DNA from: Mizuhopecten yessoensis
Taxonomy: Eukaryota
Assembly: GCF_002113885.1 (NCBI RefSeq)
Contig: NW_018405739.1
Coordinates: 576,977 to 640,976 of the forward strand
DNA length: 64,000 bases
Direction: 5' to 3'
In this document: piece by piece, positions 1 through 13,428 of the stretch
Numbering within the stretch: position 1 is the stretch's first letter
Layout of the letters: the number at the start of each line of letters is the position of its first letter
Translations under genes and position numbers: made by a program
The notes under the pieces: model-generated
The model's input: only the letters and a program-made list of their open reading frames with translations
Database searches by the model: none
Told to the model about the DNA's origin: nothing

Positions 1-1077
1 CTGTAACTTATCAGGGCTTGAAAGCTGCAAAACATTCCTGACCTCATTTTTATGTGTTGCCTATCAAGGTGACATATCTATAGGGATTACTTTTAATCCT
101 ACCCTTGACAGATATTTCCATGATTTTGCTTGGAGTGGGATTTCGTTTTCACATCCTATGATTAGACACTCTGTAATAATTGTATGACATCTCAATGATC
201 ACAATTGAATGGTGTCACGTTTTACGGATCAGATGATTTCAAATTATAGCTAGGCACTAAACACATATTTTTCTTACCATTGAAGCAATTCCATTTTAGG
301 GGTAAAAAAAAAATCCCCATTTTCATGATAAGTGAAAAAGAATTAGTAGGCCTCTGGGAAGGTTAGATTGACAAATCTAAGCCCTTTGATGAGAGTTTTT
401 AAATTGTCAAACCTGGGAAAGCCTCAGATTCCACTGTTCATTAATCTTACCCCTCGTATTGAGATTTGCCAGTCTCTTCCCCAAGAGAGTGAAACATTTT
501 ATAAATTCAATGTCATGAATCCTTCTTTGCATGAGATTCCTTTCCAAAAGATATCTTTTAAAGGAATTATCAAATTTCGGTATATTTTGCCTGGTTTTCC
601 TGCAGCTAAAATCCCTTGCTCAAGTTTGATGCTAACCCCACTCATGCATACATGTATTTAATAAGGTTGATGTGATCTGATTGAAAGTTTCTGTATGGTA
701 TCTTTTGAAGGTGTTTTTGGATTTCAATATAATTTTCCTGGTATCATTTCTGATTACGCCCCTCATAAATTTCGATGCTTGGCCAAATTCAATGAAATTT
801 GCCTGATACCTATTTACTTTGTAAGTTAAACTTTGAGGCCTGGATACATTTTAAAATATTTAATGAGACTGCTTTCTTCTGATTTGCTGATGGGGCCCAG
901 GTGATATCATTAGAAGGAATCAATTGATTTAGATGCAACTGGTTCTTTTTAGAATATTTGTTTAATATTTGTTTACTGTTGTGACATTATTGTATTTCAA
1001 GATTGAATTTTGATTAAGCTAAGGGATGTTAATCATCAGGGGATCCATTTCATGTATTGTAACATAATATTTTACAG

Positions 1078-4000
1078 GAAACTCTTCTAGCCAAACGACA
1101 TGATCTTCAAAAGATGGCTGCCTTCAATTTAGGAGTGTCTGAAGCTGTATTATCCAAAAAGAAAGCCCGAGACTTAGACTTCCATGTAAGGCTTCTCTTT
1201 ATATTAAGTAATGGGTAATACAACATGAATATTTAAAAATCTTTTAATTCAGTAAGAGTGTGTTTTCTGCATATTTAAGGAAATAAAAGAACAAAGTCTC
1301 ATATAACAAAATTCTTGATACTCTTGACTTTCCTACATTTGAGGTAATAATTATTGTGCTTATCATCTTACAGAAATCCTACATATTCCAAAAAAGGCCT
1401 TTAACTCCACCCAAGATTTTCAAACAAGAAGAGTACTCTAAGGACCTAGCAGCACAGGTAAGGCTTCTGTAAAGTTGATTAAAAAACAAGTGAGCTGTAA
1501 TTTTGTCATTCAATCATACATCTTATTAAAAAAAACATTCGCAAAAGCAATATATTTTCTGTAATATTTGATTTTAAATCCAGTGTAGTTAATTGCAAAA
1601 TCTAAAAAAAGTTGCTACCCCCCTGAAGTTATTGTTTTTACTTACTGTGCTATATGTGCTATACATTTTCTCCTGTTTTGTGTATAGGTGGAGTCTAAAT
1701 CATCCACACAGAAGAAGTATCAAACAGATGAGGAGTTCCTGGAGAGGCTGGAACAGGTTCAGCTGGCTGAGGAGTAAGTATGACCACTGATATGCCTGAA
1801 AGAATTATTTATGTAGGTTTCGTGCTTATGTGTGAAATTATTACATTGACTGGGGTGAATACATATGTATTTAAGAGAGAAAAAAGAAAAACAAAATCAT
1901 TTATTTATTTAGGGAGTAATAGAATAAAAGTAAGTCTAGACTCACTTTGATGAATTATTGTAAAGCATCAGTTATAAGAATATTGCTCTGTCAACTTCAG
2001 TACTCTGATAAGATGTCTTTAGGTGTTAGTGTGTATGGTCAGCATTATGATGCCATATTCTATACTGGATTGGATAGTAGGAGCACTAGCAAATAATGTT
2101 TCTGCTTAAGAAATCCTACTTAACATGTAATGATGTGATGTATAATATTTTTTTAGTTAATCCTAAGAATTTTCATGCAGATATTACATGTGTTTGGTAA
2201 GGAGCTATACGTTTGGTAACCTATTATAGACCTGTTGTTAAATATCCTATCAGATATAACATGTGTTTGGTAAGGAGCTATACGTTTGGTAACCTATTAT
2301 AGACCTGTTGTTAAATATCCTATCAGATATAACATGTGTTTGGTAAGTAGCTATACGTTTGGTAACCTATTATAGACCTGTTGTTAAATGTCCTATCAGA
2401 TATTACATGTGTTTGGTAAGGAGCTATATGTTCGGTAACCTATTATAGGCCTGTTGTTAAATGCCCTATCAGATATTACATGTGTTTGGTAAGGAGCTAT
2501 ATGTTTGGTAACCTATTATAGGCCTGTTGTTAAATGCCCTATCAGATATAACATGTGTTTGGTAAGGAGCTATACGTTTGGTAACCTATTATAGACCTGT
2601 TGTTAAATGTCCTCTCAGATATTACATGTGTTTGGTAAGGAGCTATACGTTTTGTAACCTATTATAGACCTGTTGTTAAATGTCATATCAGATATTACAT
2701 GTGTTTGGTAAGGAGCTATACGTTTTGTAACCTATTATAGACCTGTTGTTAAATGTCCTATCAGATATTACATGTGTTTGGTACGGAGCTATACGTTTGG
2801 TAACCTATTATAGACCTGTTGTTAAATGCCCTATCTGATATTACAGTTTGGCTGCTCAGCGTGAACAGTTCATCATGGATAAGAATGAACAACAGGACAT
2901 GTATAAGAAAGCGCTAGAGGTTCAGGTAGGTTCATGTTATTAACATTCAGATATATGTAGCACTGATGTTTGTCTGTACTAAGCAGAATGTGTAGTGCTA
3001 GAATCTATTTCACTAAAGATACAGTTCAATTACAGAGCAATTTCATGTGAATTTTGTTACACAATTTTGGAGGGATTTGGGAATGTCTGGCACCAATATT
3101 AACATATTAACATTCAGATGATTTTGAAATAATCTCAAAAAGAAAAAGGTGAAAATTTCATATTTTATTGCACACTGTCATACTTCCTTTTGTTGAATTT
3201 AAGTTGTTTCACTGTTTTAAATAAATATTAAAAAGATGTTCCAACCAACGTAAACATGTATCTTGTTCATGTTTGATAATAGAAAAATCTGCCCTTTTTA
3301 TGAAATTGCTCATGTTGTACAGTATTACTTTCACTTCTGAGGTAACCATTACTATACTTCACTGCTTTTGTAAGCTGCTTACATGTGCTCTAACAGTTCT
3401 TTTTTGCAACAATGTATCTCCATACATATTCCTAAATTTTAGAAATGTCAATTATTAAGGGGAGATAAGTATTGAAGCATGACCTAAGGTAACCTATATT
3501 TTGGTTATTCCATGGTTATGTAGAAACAAGTTCTTGAGAGAACACCAACACTTAGCAGGCTACCTTGATAGACATGCAATGTAATGACTGTAATGCTTAA
3601 CATGTAATTGACATGTGAACTCTTCCAATTCAAAGGTTGGAATAGTTCATTATAAAACACCGTTAACAGTAAATGAACAGGAGCTGAGATTTAACCTGGG
3701 CCCAATTATATGTATAGGTAATATGTTTGTAGATGTTGCTTATTTGGGTAATATGTATATAAGTGATGTCTGGGTAATATGTTTGTAGATGTTACTTATT
3801 TGGGTAATATGTGTCTAAATTGTGTCTGGGTAATATGTTTGAAGATGTTACTTATTTGGGTAATATGTGTCTAAATTGTGTCTGGGTAATATGTTTGAAG
3901 ATGTTACTTATTTGGGTAATATGTGTATAAATTGTGTCTGGGTAATATGTTTGAAGATGTTACTTATTTGGGTAATATGTATATAAGTGGTGTCTGGGTA

Positions 4001-7000
4001 ATATGTTTGTAGATGTTACTTATTTGAGTAATATGTATATAAGTGATGTCTGGGTAATATGTTTTTAGATGTTACTTATTTGAGTAATATGTATATAAGT
4101 GGTGTCTGGGTAATATGTTTGTAGATGTTACTTATTTGGGTAATATGTATATAAGTGGTGTCTGGGTAATATGTTTGTAGATGTTACTTATTTGGGTAAT
4201 ATGTATATAAGTGGTGTCTGGGTAATATGTTTGTAGATGTTACTTATTTGGGTAATATGTATATAAGTGGTGTCTGGGTAATATGTTTGTAGATGTTACT
4301 TATTTGGGTAATATGTGTATAAATGGTGTGCTTTTGTTTTGGTTATATGCCTATAAATGCTGTTATCAGGATAATATATATGTAGATGCTGTTGTTTAAT
4401 TGATTGCTTTTGTAGATTGTTTTCTAACTGTTTGACTTTCAAGAGCTCTGTAGAAAAATGTGTCATTGATGTTGCACTGATCCCTGTCTTACCACTGTAA
4501 ATCACTAAATGTTTGTACTTATGCTGCAAGGATTTAAATTTATGAAAGTAGCAATGAGAAGACAGTCTTTTTAAATGTCAATGAATAGCCACAACCTATT
4601 TCATTTTGAAACTACACGAATCTCAGTGAAATATACTGAAAATTAATTTATATAACTATAGTGATTTACAGTTATTCTGCTTAACTACTTTGCTTCTGCT
4701 TATGTCTTTTTCTGCACTAATCCCTTTTATTCAGATTAAGATACGCAGTCGTTTCCGTAAGCCTGATGGTCTTCTGCGCACACCTGATTGCCCCACTGCA
4801 CTGTTGCCGAGGCGCCAAATGACCTCTGAGATAAGGCTGCCCCACCTCCCATCTCCCCCCAATCACAGCTTTAGCACTTTCAAGCTTCCAATGATCCCCA
4901 ATGTCCTGACCCCCTTCTCCAATTCCTCCAAAGATCGTCTCAACGAGGACCTCCCACGGGTAGATAGACACACAACAACTTCACTTAACTCTCATTCCCC
5001 TAATTCAAAGTAGATTTCAGTTGATTCAAATTAACATTCTTGTATTCAATTTAAAACTATAACTGGGATTCAGAGTAGAGACCAATATCATCAAAATCTG
5101 AGAACATCAAAGATATGTAAAATATTTCTGGTCGTTATTGTGGAGCCACTTATCAAACGAAGGTCTAATATCAGTACCATTAATTACTTTTCTCATTAGT
5201 TACTTTAGAAAAGTTAAGTGAGGTTTTTGTATTGATGCACTTTTGTTTGTTTCTTCTTTATCATTAAGTTGATTAACGAATTATATTTTGAAGTCCTCTT
5301 TTGGTATTTACCTATTTCAAATGTATTCTTTCTCCTGAACTGGTGTTTTGCTACTCTTCTTTGTTTATGATGGCACATTTCCTTTTTCCTACATGTAGAT
5401 AAGAAATGGAAATAATTACAATAATGGTGTGATCACACATGAAAAGGATACTGCAGATATGTCTTATGAATGAGCACTCTTCAGAATGCTGTAGGATACA
5501 CGGTTCCGATACACATTTCTTTTTTCTAATTTAGAACCATTCTCTGATATTTTACTTTAAATGAAATTCATGCATTGATTGGTAAAAGGTATTGATTTAT
5601 CTATTATTCTTGATTGCGTAACCATAGAGATTAACCTAATTTGTGTCAAACCGAAAGTAACCAAACTGATTTGTACAGATTTCTGATATGAACCACTGAT
5701 AGATATGATTACCTGTACTTAACTGAGGTGTATACACTCTCTGTTGGTTAGAAGAAATAGAGAGAATCAGTTATAGAAGCAGGCATAGTTTTTTTCTGAT
5801 AAAACCTAGTTAATGGGGTTAGCCTTTTTCTGATAAAACCTAGTTAATGGGGTTAGCCTTTTTCTGATAAAACCTAGTTAATGGGGTTAGCCTTTTTCTG
5901 ATAAAACCTAGTTAATGGGGTTAGCCTTTTTCTGATAAAACCTAGTTAATGGGGTTAGCCTTTTTCTGATAAAACCTAGTTAATGGGGTTAGCCTTTTTC
6001 TGATAAAACCTAGTTAATGGGGTTAGCCTTTTTCTGATAAAACCTAGTTAATGGGGTTAGCCTTTTTCTGATAAAACCTAGTTAATGGGGTTAGCCTTTT
6101 TCTGATAAAACCTAGTTAATGGGGTTAGCCTTTTTCTGATAAAACCTAGTTAATGGGGTTAGCCTTTTTCTGATAAAACCTAGTTAATGGGGTCAGCCTT
6201 TTTCTGATAAAACCTAGTTAATGGGGTTAGCCTTTTTCTGAACCTGCTAAAATTTGTTTAAGGTGCTAGCCTTTTTCTGAACATTCTAAAATGAGTTCAT
6301 TGGGTTTGCCTTTTTCTACACATGCTAAATTTAATTAACGGGAATAGGCTTTGCTGAACATACTAAAATAAATTGTAAAAGAGGAATAACAGGTTTGTCC
6401 TTTTTCTTAACCTGCTAAACTCAACGGGATCGTCAGCCTTATTTGAACCTACAAAAGTAGTTTACAAGCTTATACTTTTCAGAACATCCTAATATAACTG
6501 TAAAAGAAGAATAAAGATATTAGTATCACCAACTTGCTAAGATTAATTAACAGGTTTAGCCTTTTCGAAACCTGCTTAAATTAGTTTACAATGTTAAACT
6601 TTTCAGAACATGCCCAATAAGTTATAGAAGAGGATTAACACTATTAGCCTTTTCTGAGCCTATTTAAAATAGTTGTTAATTAATAAAATACTTAGCATTT
6701 TCTGTACCTTCTGTAATTGTTTAACAGGGTTAATCATTTTCTAAGACTGCAGAATTAATCGTAGAAGGGGAATAGTGAGAATACTGTAGAAATTGTTTAA
6801 CCTAATTGAAACACCTCGGGCTAACACCAGATTAGCCTCTTTTGAACAATTTAAAGTTAGACGTAGAAGGGGATAACAAGATCAGCCTCTTCTGAACAAG
6901 TTCAATTGGTTTTAGAAGAAGGGAATCGTGTTCAGAATTATAGGACTATACTATAGACAGAATGCTGTTTACTGCCTATGTTTAAGTATATTGATAATCA

Positions 7001-8273
7001 GGAGAGTTATATATCCTTATTAACTACTTTGTAGCTGCGGTTTAAACCTCTGCAAGTGCCACCTAGGGAGGCAGACAACGAAGTATTCGGTAAAAATGAT
7101 ATGACCAACGAAAAAATGGCTGCCAGGAGATCACGTGCATACGATATGTTCCGTGATCAGCAGGATCTGGTCGCCCAAAGGAAGAGGGAGGCCATCCTCA
7201 AACGTTTGAATGACCAGAAAGAGGAGGAGGACGTGTTGGAGCGGACAAAGAGAGAGTACGTATCTTTATATGCATAATAAGGCGGGCAACTGAAATTACC
7301 TTACTCATATAAGTCATTCCATAATTAATGTAGTAATACTAATGGTATATATTAACAGATAACTATAGAATTTGACAAGAAAACATTTTAGCTCACCTGG
7401 CCAAAATGAGTCAACTTGTTTACTTTAAACAACTTCTTCTGAATAGCCAAGAGGCCTGGGTTGATGATATATGGCTACCAAGTTTGTTCAAATGAATTAC
7501 CTATATTCAAGGTCACGGGGGTCAAATATGTTCACCTTTTAAACAATTTCTTCTGAATAACCAAAAGACCATGGATGAGGATATTCGACCAGTAGCATAC
7601 AGGGACAAAGGATACCAAGTTTGTTCAAATTAATGACCTTCACCCATATTCAAGGTCACATGGGTCAAATATGTTTAAAACTTTAACAACTTCTAATGAA
7701 TGTTGAGCCAGTAACATGCTGTGATGAAGGTTTGATGAGTTTGTTCAAATGAATGACATTTACTTACTAAAAATAGTATATGCAAGGTCACAGGGGTCAA
7801 CTTTGTTACGACTTTAAACGACTTCTACTGAATAACCAAAATGCATAGGGTGGTGATATTTAGCCAGTAGCATGCTAGGCTGAAGGACCAATATATTACA
7901 ATTTATCGTCGTTGTCAATTCACCATTCACTTTAATTTTACAATGAAGAATGTTCTAACTATCTAAAGAATATATTAAAAATTATTTCAAATCTGTATTC
8001 ATTTGCAGACTAAGGGAAGATCGCGGCACCAGATTTGGTAATAGATACCATATCCGTAAGCGTTTGGAGAGTGACTGGCAGAAAGCGGCCACGGCGAAGA
8101 AGAACAATGAGTTAGAAGAGCGCTTACATGCACTAAGTCCTAGTCTCCTAGTACATGAGCAGTGTGATAAGTACAAACGGTGTGAACAATGTAAGAGGAA
8201 AACGGTCAATTGTGGCGAGTCAAACATCTGGAGTGAGTCCCGCTACATTCCTGGCTCTCGGCTCATGGTGTAG
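1078..8273 (+). CDS. CCDC81: Coiled-coil domain-containing protein 81, 3' part (5' exons not identified, probably upstream of the window)
   Basis: Exons 1078-1185, 1374-1457, 1688-1773, 2847-2925, 7035-7255, 8009-8273 are all AG/GT bounded and phase compatible. Spliced product: ...KMAAFNLGVSEAV...KSYIFQKRPLTPPKIFKQEEYSKDL...LERLEQVQLAEDLAAQREQF...VFGKND...HEQCDKYKRCEQCKRKTVNCGESNIWSESRYIPGSRLMV*. This matches the remembered CCDC81 C-terminus (AAYNLGVAEAI, LEQVQLTEELAAQR, QCEKYRRCKQCQRRTSNVGESNLW...PGSRLLV). Confidence 0.93.
2178..2846. repeat. 73-bp minisatellite, 9 full copies plus a partial copy that ends at a CCDC81 splice acceptor
   Basis: Unit CAGATATTACATGTGTTTGGTAAGGAGCTATACG...CCTAT starts at 2178, 2251, 2324 ... 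2762; the partial copy starts at 2835. Confidence 0.95.
3716..4330. repeat. 56-bp minisatellite (30+26 bp subunits, both beginning GGGTAATATG), about 11 copies
   Basis: GGGTAATATGTTTGTAGATGTTACTTATTT-GGGTAATATGTATATAAGTGGTGTCT recurs with 56-bp period (3770, 3826, ...). Confidence 0.95.
4735..4959 (+). CDS. Candidate alternative Pro/Ser-rich CCDC81 exon (75 codons; or terminal exon reading to TAG at 5011-5013)
   Basis: Branch-like CACTAAT, pyrimidine tract and TTCAG acceptor ending 4734. GC-richer, stop-free in phase 0. Possible donor CGG|GTAGAT at 4959/4960 gives 225 nt, in frame between the phase-0 flanking exons. Confidence 0.5.
5790..6240. repeat. 34-bp minisatellite, about 13 near-identical copies
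   Basis: TTTTTCTGATAAAACCTAGTTAATGGGGTTAGCC with 34-bp period (5796, 5830, ...). Confidence 0.96.
6241..6940. repeat. Old degenerate tandem array related to the adjacent 34-bp repeat
   Basis: Recurrent TTAGCCTTTTCTGAAC(C/A)TGCTAAAA-like units with many substitutions. Confidence 0.7.
7386..7890 (+). mobile_element. Truncated HINE-like (non-autonomous Helentron) element with internal ~140-bp repeats
   Basis: Begins TTTTAGCTCACCTGG. Repeated AAGTTTGTTCAAAT...TTCAAGGTCACAGGGGTCAAATATG units are shared in reverse with 50616-51530. Confidence 0.75.
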
Positions 8274-10859
8274 GATTACGACTATTATATAAATAAATGT
8301 ATAGGGTATGCCTATCGTCACATACGTTTTGAAAATTTAACACAATTCTATCAGAAAAAACAATGAATATGACAATGTGATATGAATGATTACTATTAGT
8401 TTATCAGTATTAGCCTCTCAGACCACAATATATTGATCTATTCGCATTGTGTGGTCTCCATATGTACAAATATGGCTTCATGTTACAGGATATGTGCTAT
8501 TTTGTCTGTAGATTTGTGTTCTAGCGACTGGTAATGTACCCTGTTATGTTCACTTATTCACAACAGATCTGGTATTAGTATTTATTTTTTAAGTGGGAAG
8601 AATAATCTTTTAGCGCTATTTATTCATTATACTTTGTAGTGTCATCTCTGCACAAAGCTGTCAAACTTTTTGTTCGTTTTAAGTTAAATATTAAGAATAA
8701 TTCTTTTAAAATTCTTTATTGAATATCGGATCATGCAAGCCAACTTATTATTTATCGGTTAAATTCATGAAATTCAATATGTTCGTGGCTATTGTGCTCA
8801 TTTTCATTGTATTGCGTGGAGAGGTCCGAATAGTGTTTATAACACAAGGAAGGAAACATCAGGTTCAGAGATGAGACAAATAAACAGAGGTTTTAATTCA
8901 TAAGTTGCTGAATGTTTACTGCTGAATTTTATCAAAGACTGTTTGCTCATGTTTAAAATTTATATTGAAGTTTTGATCTAAATGTTTTGAGAAGTCTTTC
9001 ACTTATATATACCTATTTCTTCCTTTCTCACTTTTAACTTTATAAGATTCATTGCGTTCTACCTAACATGTTATTTCATATTTTTATCAACTTTGTTTAC
9101 AAGCTAATGTGGAGTTTTTAGAAAACATATTGACTGTGATATATCAAGAAAGTGTTAGTTTTCACTGTAAGATACCTTTTAAAATGTGATTATATAAATA
9201 TATACTATCTGTTGTAATTTTACTTTAATAGAAGCAAGTGAATAGATATATAATTTTGTATAAAACAATGAAGCTGTTACACGTTTACATGTATTATCCT
9301 AAATGCTGGTTTACACCATGCATTGTATTTCTTGATTGCTTCTAAACCTGTGATTATCCATTTTGAATAAACTGTTCATGCTGAAAATTAGCTTTTGTTA
9401 TGTGTGGACCACCAGAAAGTACCAAAAATGGTAACTTAATTCTGGGTAGTATGCGACACCAAGTTTTCATTAAACTATTTTCTGCAATCTGTAAAACATC
9501 GGATTTGAAGATATTTGGCTATGATATTACATTGACCGAGATGGTCTTGAAAGTGGTACTGAATGAAACTGGATTATACTGAAAACAATATTATAAAGAC
9601 TTGCAACGACGAGAATTATAGTTGCAATACAATGCAAGTCAAAAAGAGTGTATAGCCGTTTCATTGAAATGACACTAAAATAAACATTCATTAATTCTAT
9701 CAGTTAAACTTATAAAGTAGGAGAGGAGAAAGTAAAATATAAACAAATACAAAATAAGTAAATAAGCAAGAATTGGTGAACTGAAACTGAAATGCATCGG
9801 CTGGATTTAATGTTGGCCGCCGCGTATATGAAACATTTTTTTCATAGAAAACATGAACACGCAGTCCATTGCTCGATAAGAGGCAAGCTCTATAGCAATG
9901 AATTAACAATGACAAGAAAGTGCAAAGATATAATTCGCAATGTGAATCAAAAACATTTCAGGATATTGAAAATGATGGGAATATAATTCTCATATACGAA
10001 AAAGAAATAGAAACAAAAAATCAATACATCATGATCTGACTTTAAGTAAATTATTTTCATGGAAAATACCAAGATTGATTAAAGGAATTCTCTATAATCA
10101 ATCATCAAGATTGTGATGATTCATTTGTGCAATAGCGGATGATGAATTGTACCGAATAAAAGAATGTTTCGCTGCTGAATACGTCATCTACAGGGAAGCA
10201 TTCTCGATTAATATATATACACGACGTGTATGTCCTGTATGAATAGTGGCTGATACGGGCCACGTTTTTTTCTCCGCCGCAAAGCGATGACAAATCGTCA
10301 TGATAACGACGCTTTGTTGCTACGGGGTAGTACAGACCAGCTTTTTATTGGCATACAAATCCACTGTTGAGGTTTGTTTTTCGTCTCGTTGACGCGAAAA
10401 AATGACTGTTTGGCAGAACATGTAATTTTAACGAGACCAGTTACCTTAAATTGCCTTCTTAGAACTATAACCATTTTAAAACGCTGTTTTACATTGTCAA
10501 ATCTATCCAAAAAAACCGAAACAGAAAGCACTAAAGTCGATGCCAGTATATTTTCCCACTCCGCTTCGTTTGTTCACAGTGTCGCAGCGACAAAGCAAAA
10601 CCAGCTACCAGAATATGTCACCTCCCAGCAATTGAAATACAGAAACATAATGTTATCAGAAAAACAACAGTTGACAGTTTTGTTATTGTCGGGAACAGGA
10701 ATGAAAGTTATACTATCATAAAAATGATGAAGTCAATTCCCATCGAATCTGATCCTATCTCCATTCTTTCACTTATACAGATTTCATGCATAGTCACGTA
10801 GGGGACGAACCAATGAACAATTTATTATATATTTTTGAGGGAAAATAGTTAACTCGAAT

Positions 10860-11008
10860 ATGCAATTCCGTCTTTGCGTATTGCAGAGTTATCTTCTCTT
10901 GAGAGCAGGTATTGATTGTTACGTCATTTATTTGTGAGAGTAACGTCATCAATTTTTGAGAAAACGACGTAATTTTCTCACACGAACCAATGACGTAACA
11001 ATCAACCA
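10860..11008. mobile_element. Palindromic MITE remnant
   Basis: Perfect 17-bp inverted repeat TTGATTGTTACGTCATT (10912-10928) / AATGACGTAACAATCAA (10989-11005), with further inner pairing (TGTGAGA/TCTCACA, ACGTC/GACGT). Confidence 0.65.
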
Positions 11009-12129
11009 GTATTTACAATTTCATAATAGTTTTTGCATGTACTACAATACATATTATATATTTTTTGTGAGTGCTGTGAAAATGTTCCCAATAATTGCCT
11101 CATTAAAAAGATAATTGATAAAAAAACATTTTACTCAACTACTCGTGCCAATATCAATCTTTAATTAGAACCAGAATTGCGATATAAGTATTCGTTTTAA
11201 ATAAAGTCGTTTTCAGTATACATACAACGCTGAAAAGTACACTTCTTACACAATTCTTGTCTTTATCGCTACAGAAATGTGGAATTAGCTTGTATTTGAG
11301 GATACGAATCATGACTTTGTTTTCAATTTCTTTCAAAATTATTTTGTTTTGTTTTAATTCTTATATTGGAGATATGCTTTCCTACACTTGCCAAGTAAAC
11401 CCATAGGGTTCTTGCACGGATTACGGCAGGACCACAGTTCACGATTCGATATGACTCAGCTGCGGTGGAACATTTAGGTCGTAGTCCATGCTTATTACTG
11501 TATAGCAAGTACATATGTATATGATAAAAAGTCCTGTCAGAATTCCTTTTTACAATTTATAGCAGACCCACCTATCTAAGTATCGGCATTGAAACAATCA
11601 CTATCCAATCTATTATAGAATATGTATTCATAATTTTTAATTTCTATAATCTTCGATCGCGTATGAGCATATACTGTTCATTTACTATTTATGTTATTAC
11701 AGTATCCAGGCATGAATTGTTGGTTTGAGTGAAGGATTATCTACCTGTAATTGTATACCTGTATAGGACTGTAAAACACTTAAGCTGGCATTGTGTAACG
11801 TAGACATGTGTAATTTATAACTCTAGATGTGCATACAGTAGGTAGAGAAGGAACTAAAGCAAGCCACAGACCATTGACAAAAGACGTTTGGATATTTATG
11901 TCATGCTTAGGTGATTACTACTGTATATATATTACACATATTGTCCTTTTAGTGTATAATCTCCTACGGATTATTTACTTATATTGACCGAGGCTCGATG
12001 TATGTAAAGCGTGTTCTATACTGCTGGATTGATTGGCTTGTGTGGTGTTTTAAATTCTGACAAACCACAGGTAAATGTACGAGCTAGCAACAGAGGACCA
12101 TAGCAGAGACTGGGACACACTCGTTCTAG

Positions 12130-13428
12130 TTATCAACACTATTCGACTACCTGTTCGACAAGAATGATATAACCAACGGACAGATTTCGGATTGGAAAGA
12201 CAGTGCAATGGATTTGTTTGGTGGACAGATAGACTGGGTTTCTCAGAAAAAGAGGAATGCCATCCTGAAACAACTGTCAGAACAAAAGGAGGAGGAACGC
12301 ATGCTAGATAGGACGAAAAGGGAGTAAGTAAACATCTTAAAAACCTTCTTATTTTTAGATAACAATTTGTCTCCCAGTGTGCTTACATAATATAAATGGT
12401 GATAATCATATAGCTATTGATTGAATTAAGTTATTTATTTAAACATGAAAAATTAACTATATCTATGATATGCTTTACATTTCACATGACACTTAATGAA
12501 TATCCATGTCACAATACTATATATATACAACATGTCAAAATATTTGTCATGGAAAACTCAAACTGATTATATACCAGATGCACATTTGAATGATATTAAA
12601 GCCAATCGGTTTCAATGTGAGCTTTGATGACTGCACGTTGTCATTTCCTGTGAGTAGTTTTACCGTTGAACGGTACAACAGTTCATTGTATCTCAAGCAC
12701 AACAAGTTACGCAATAATAATAACTTTCTGTTGCCTCAGATCCATGTGTTGAACCCATTCAAGTTGAACCAATGCGAAGGAACAGTGTATTTAAACGAGT
12801 CTGTACACACAATGACTATTTACATTGATTTATACTGCCAACGGAAGACCATATTTACTCTATCACAATACGAGCACAATTACTCAAACAATTCAGTTAT
12901 TATAAGCAATCGGATCGCAATTAAATGAAAATCAAACGTTTGTGAACATGCCAAAACCTTATATGCAATTAACAATGGAGTGTACAAAAGTCAAGTAAGT
13001 TTCTTCCTGTATACCAAATAAAGACATTCCTAACTTGGAGATTTATCATGAGCTTTCTCGACGCTTGACTATATTGATAAATTGGAAATCATACTTTCTC
13101 TTTCTTTTTTAATGTTGTGGACACTGATTACAGAAACATCTGTCTCACCAAGACAATAAATTAACTGATAATGTACAATCTAAATGTTGTATCATTGATA
13201 ACAAATTGCCAACAATGTGTAATCAATAGTTCATAAAGCAGCGTAGCACTAGATTAATAGCCAGCTGTAATTTGTGTTGCTGAATAAGTTAAATATAATC
13301 TGTTTACAAATTACAGATTATTGGATGACTACAGCAGCAGATATCTTCGAAACTATGAATCACGCAAAGAACTTGAGAAGCATTGGCGAGCAGCCAGCGC
13401 GTCGAAGAAGAATAGAGAGAGAAATTAA
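12130..13428 (+). CDS. Truncated tandem paralog of the last two CCDC81 exons (short coiled-coil protein or pseudogene)
   Basis: Exon A 12130-12323 (...LFDKNDITNG...VSQKKRNAILKQLSEQKEEERMLDRTKR, donor GA|GTAAGT). Exon B 13317-13428 (TTACAG|A, LLDDYSSRYLRNYESRKELEKHWRAASASKKNRERN*). Ungapped hand alignment to the upstream gene gives 45/91 identities, with the same phase-2 intron position. In-frame ATG at 12208; AATAAA at 13908. Confidence 0.75.

Noticed and set aside
2178-6240. CRISPR-like regular arrays
   Set aside because: No unique spacers and a eukaryotic intronic context; plain tandem repeats.
9780-11520. CpG-richer segments with short ORFs (10374-10721, 11323-11514)
   Set aside because: No recognisable protein motif or splice-supported exon. 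Could be transposon interior or a promoter for the paralog, but unsupported.
12002-12070. Signal-peptide-like exon SVFYTAGLIGLCGVLNSDKPQ with donor CAG|GTAAAT upstream of the paralog
   Set aside because: Its ATG is followed immediately by TAA and the implied intron is only 59 nt; not supportable without transcripts.
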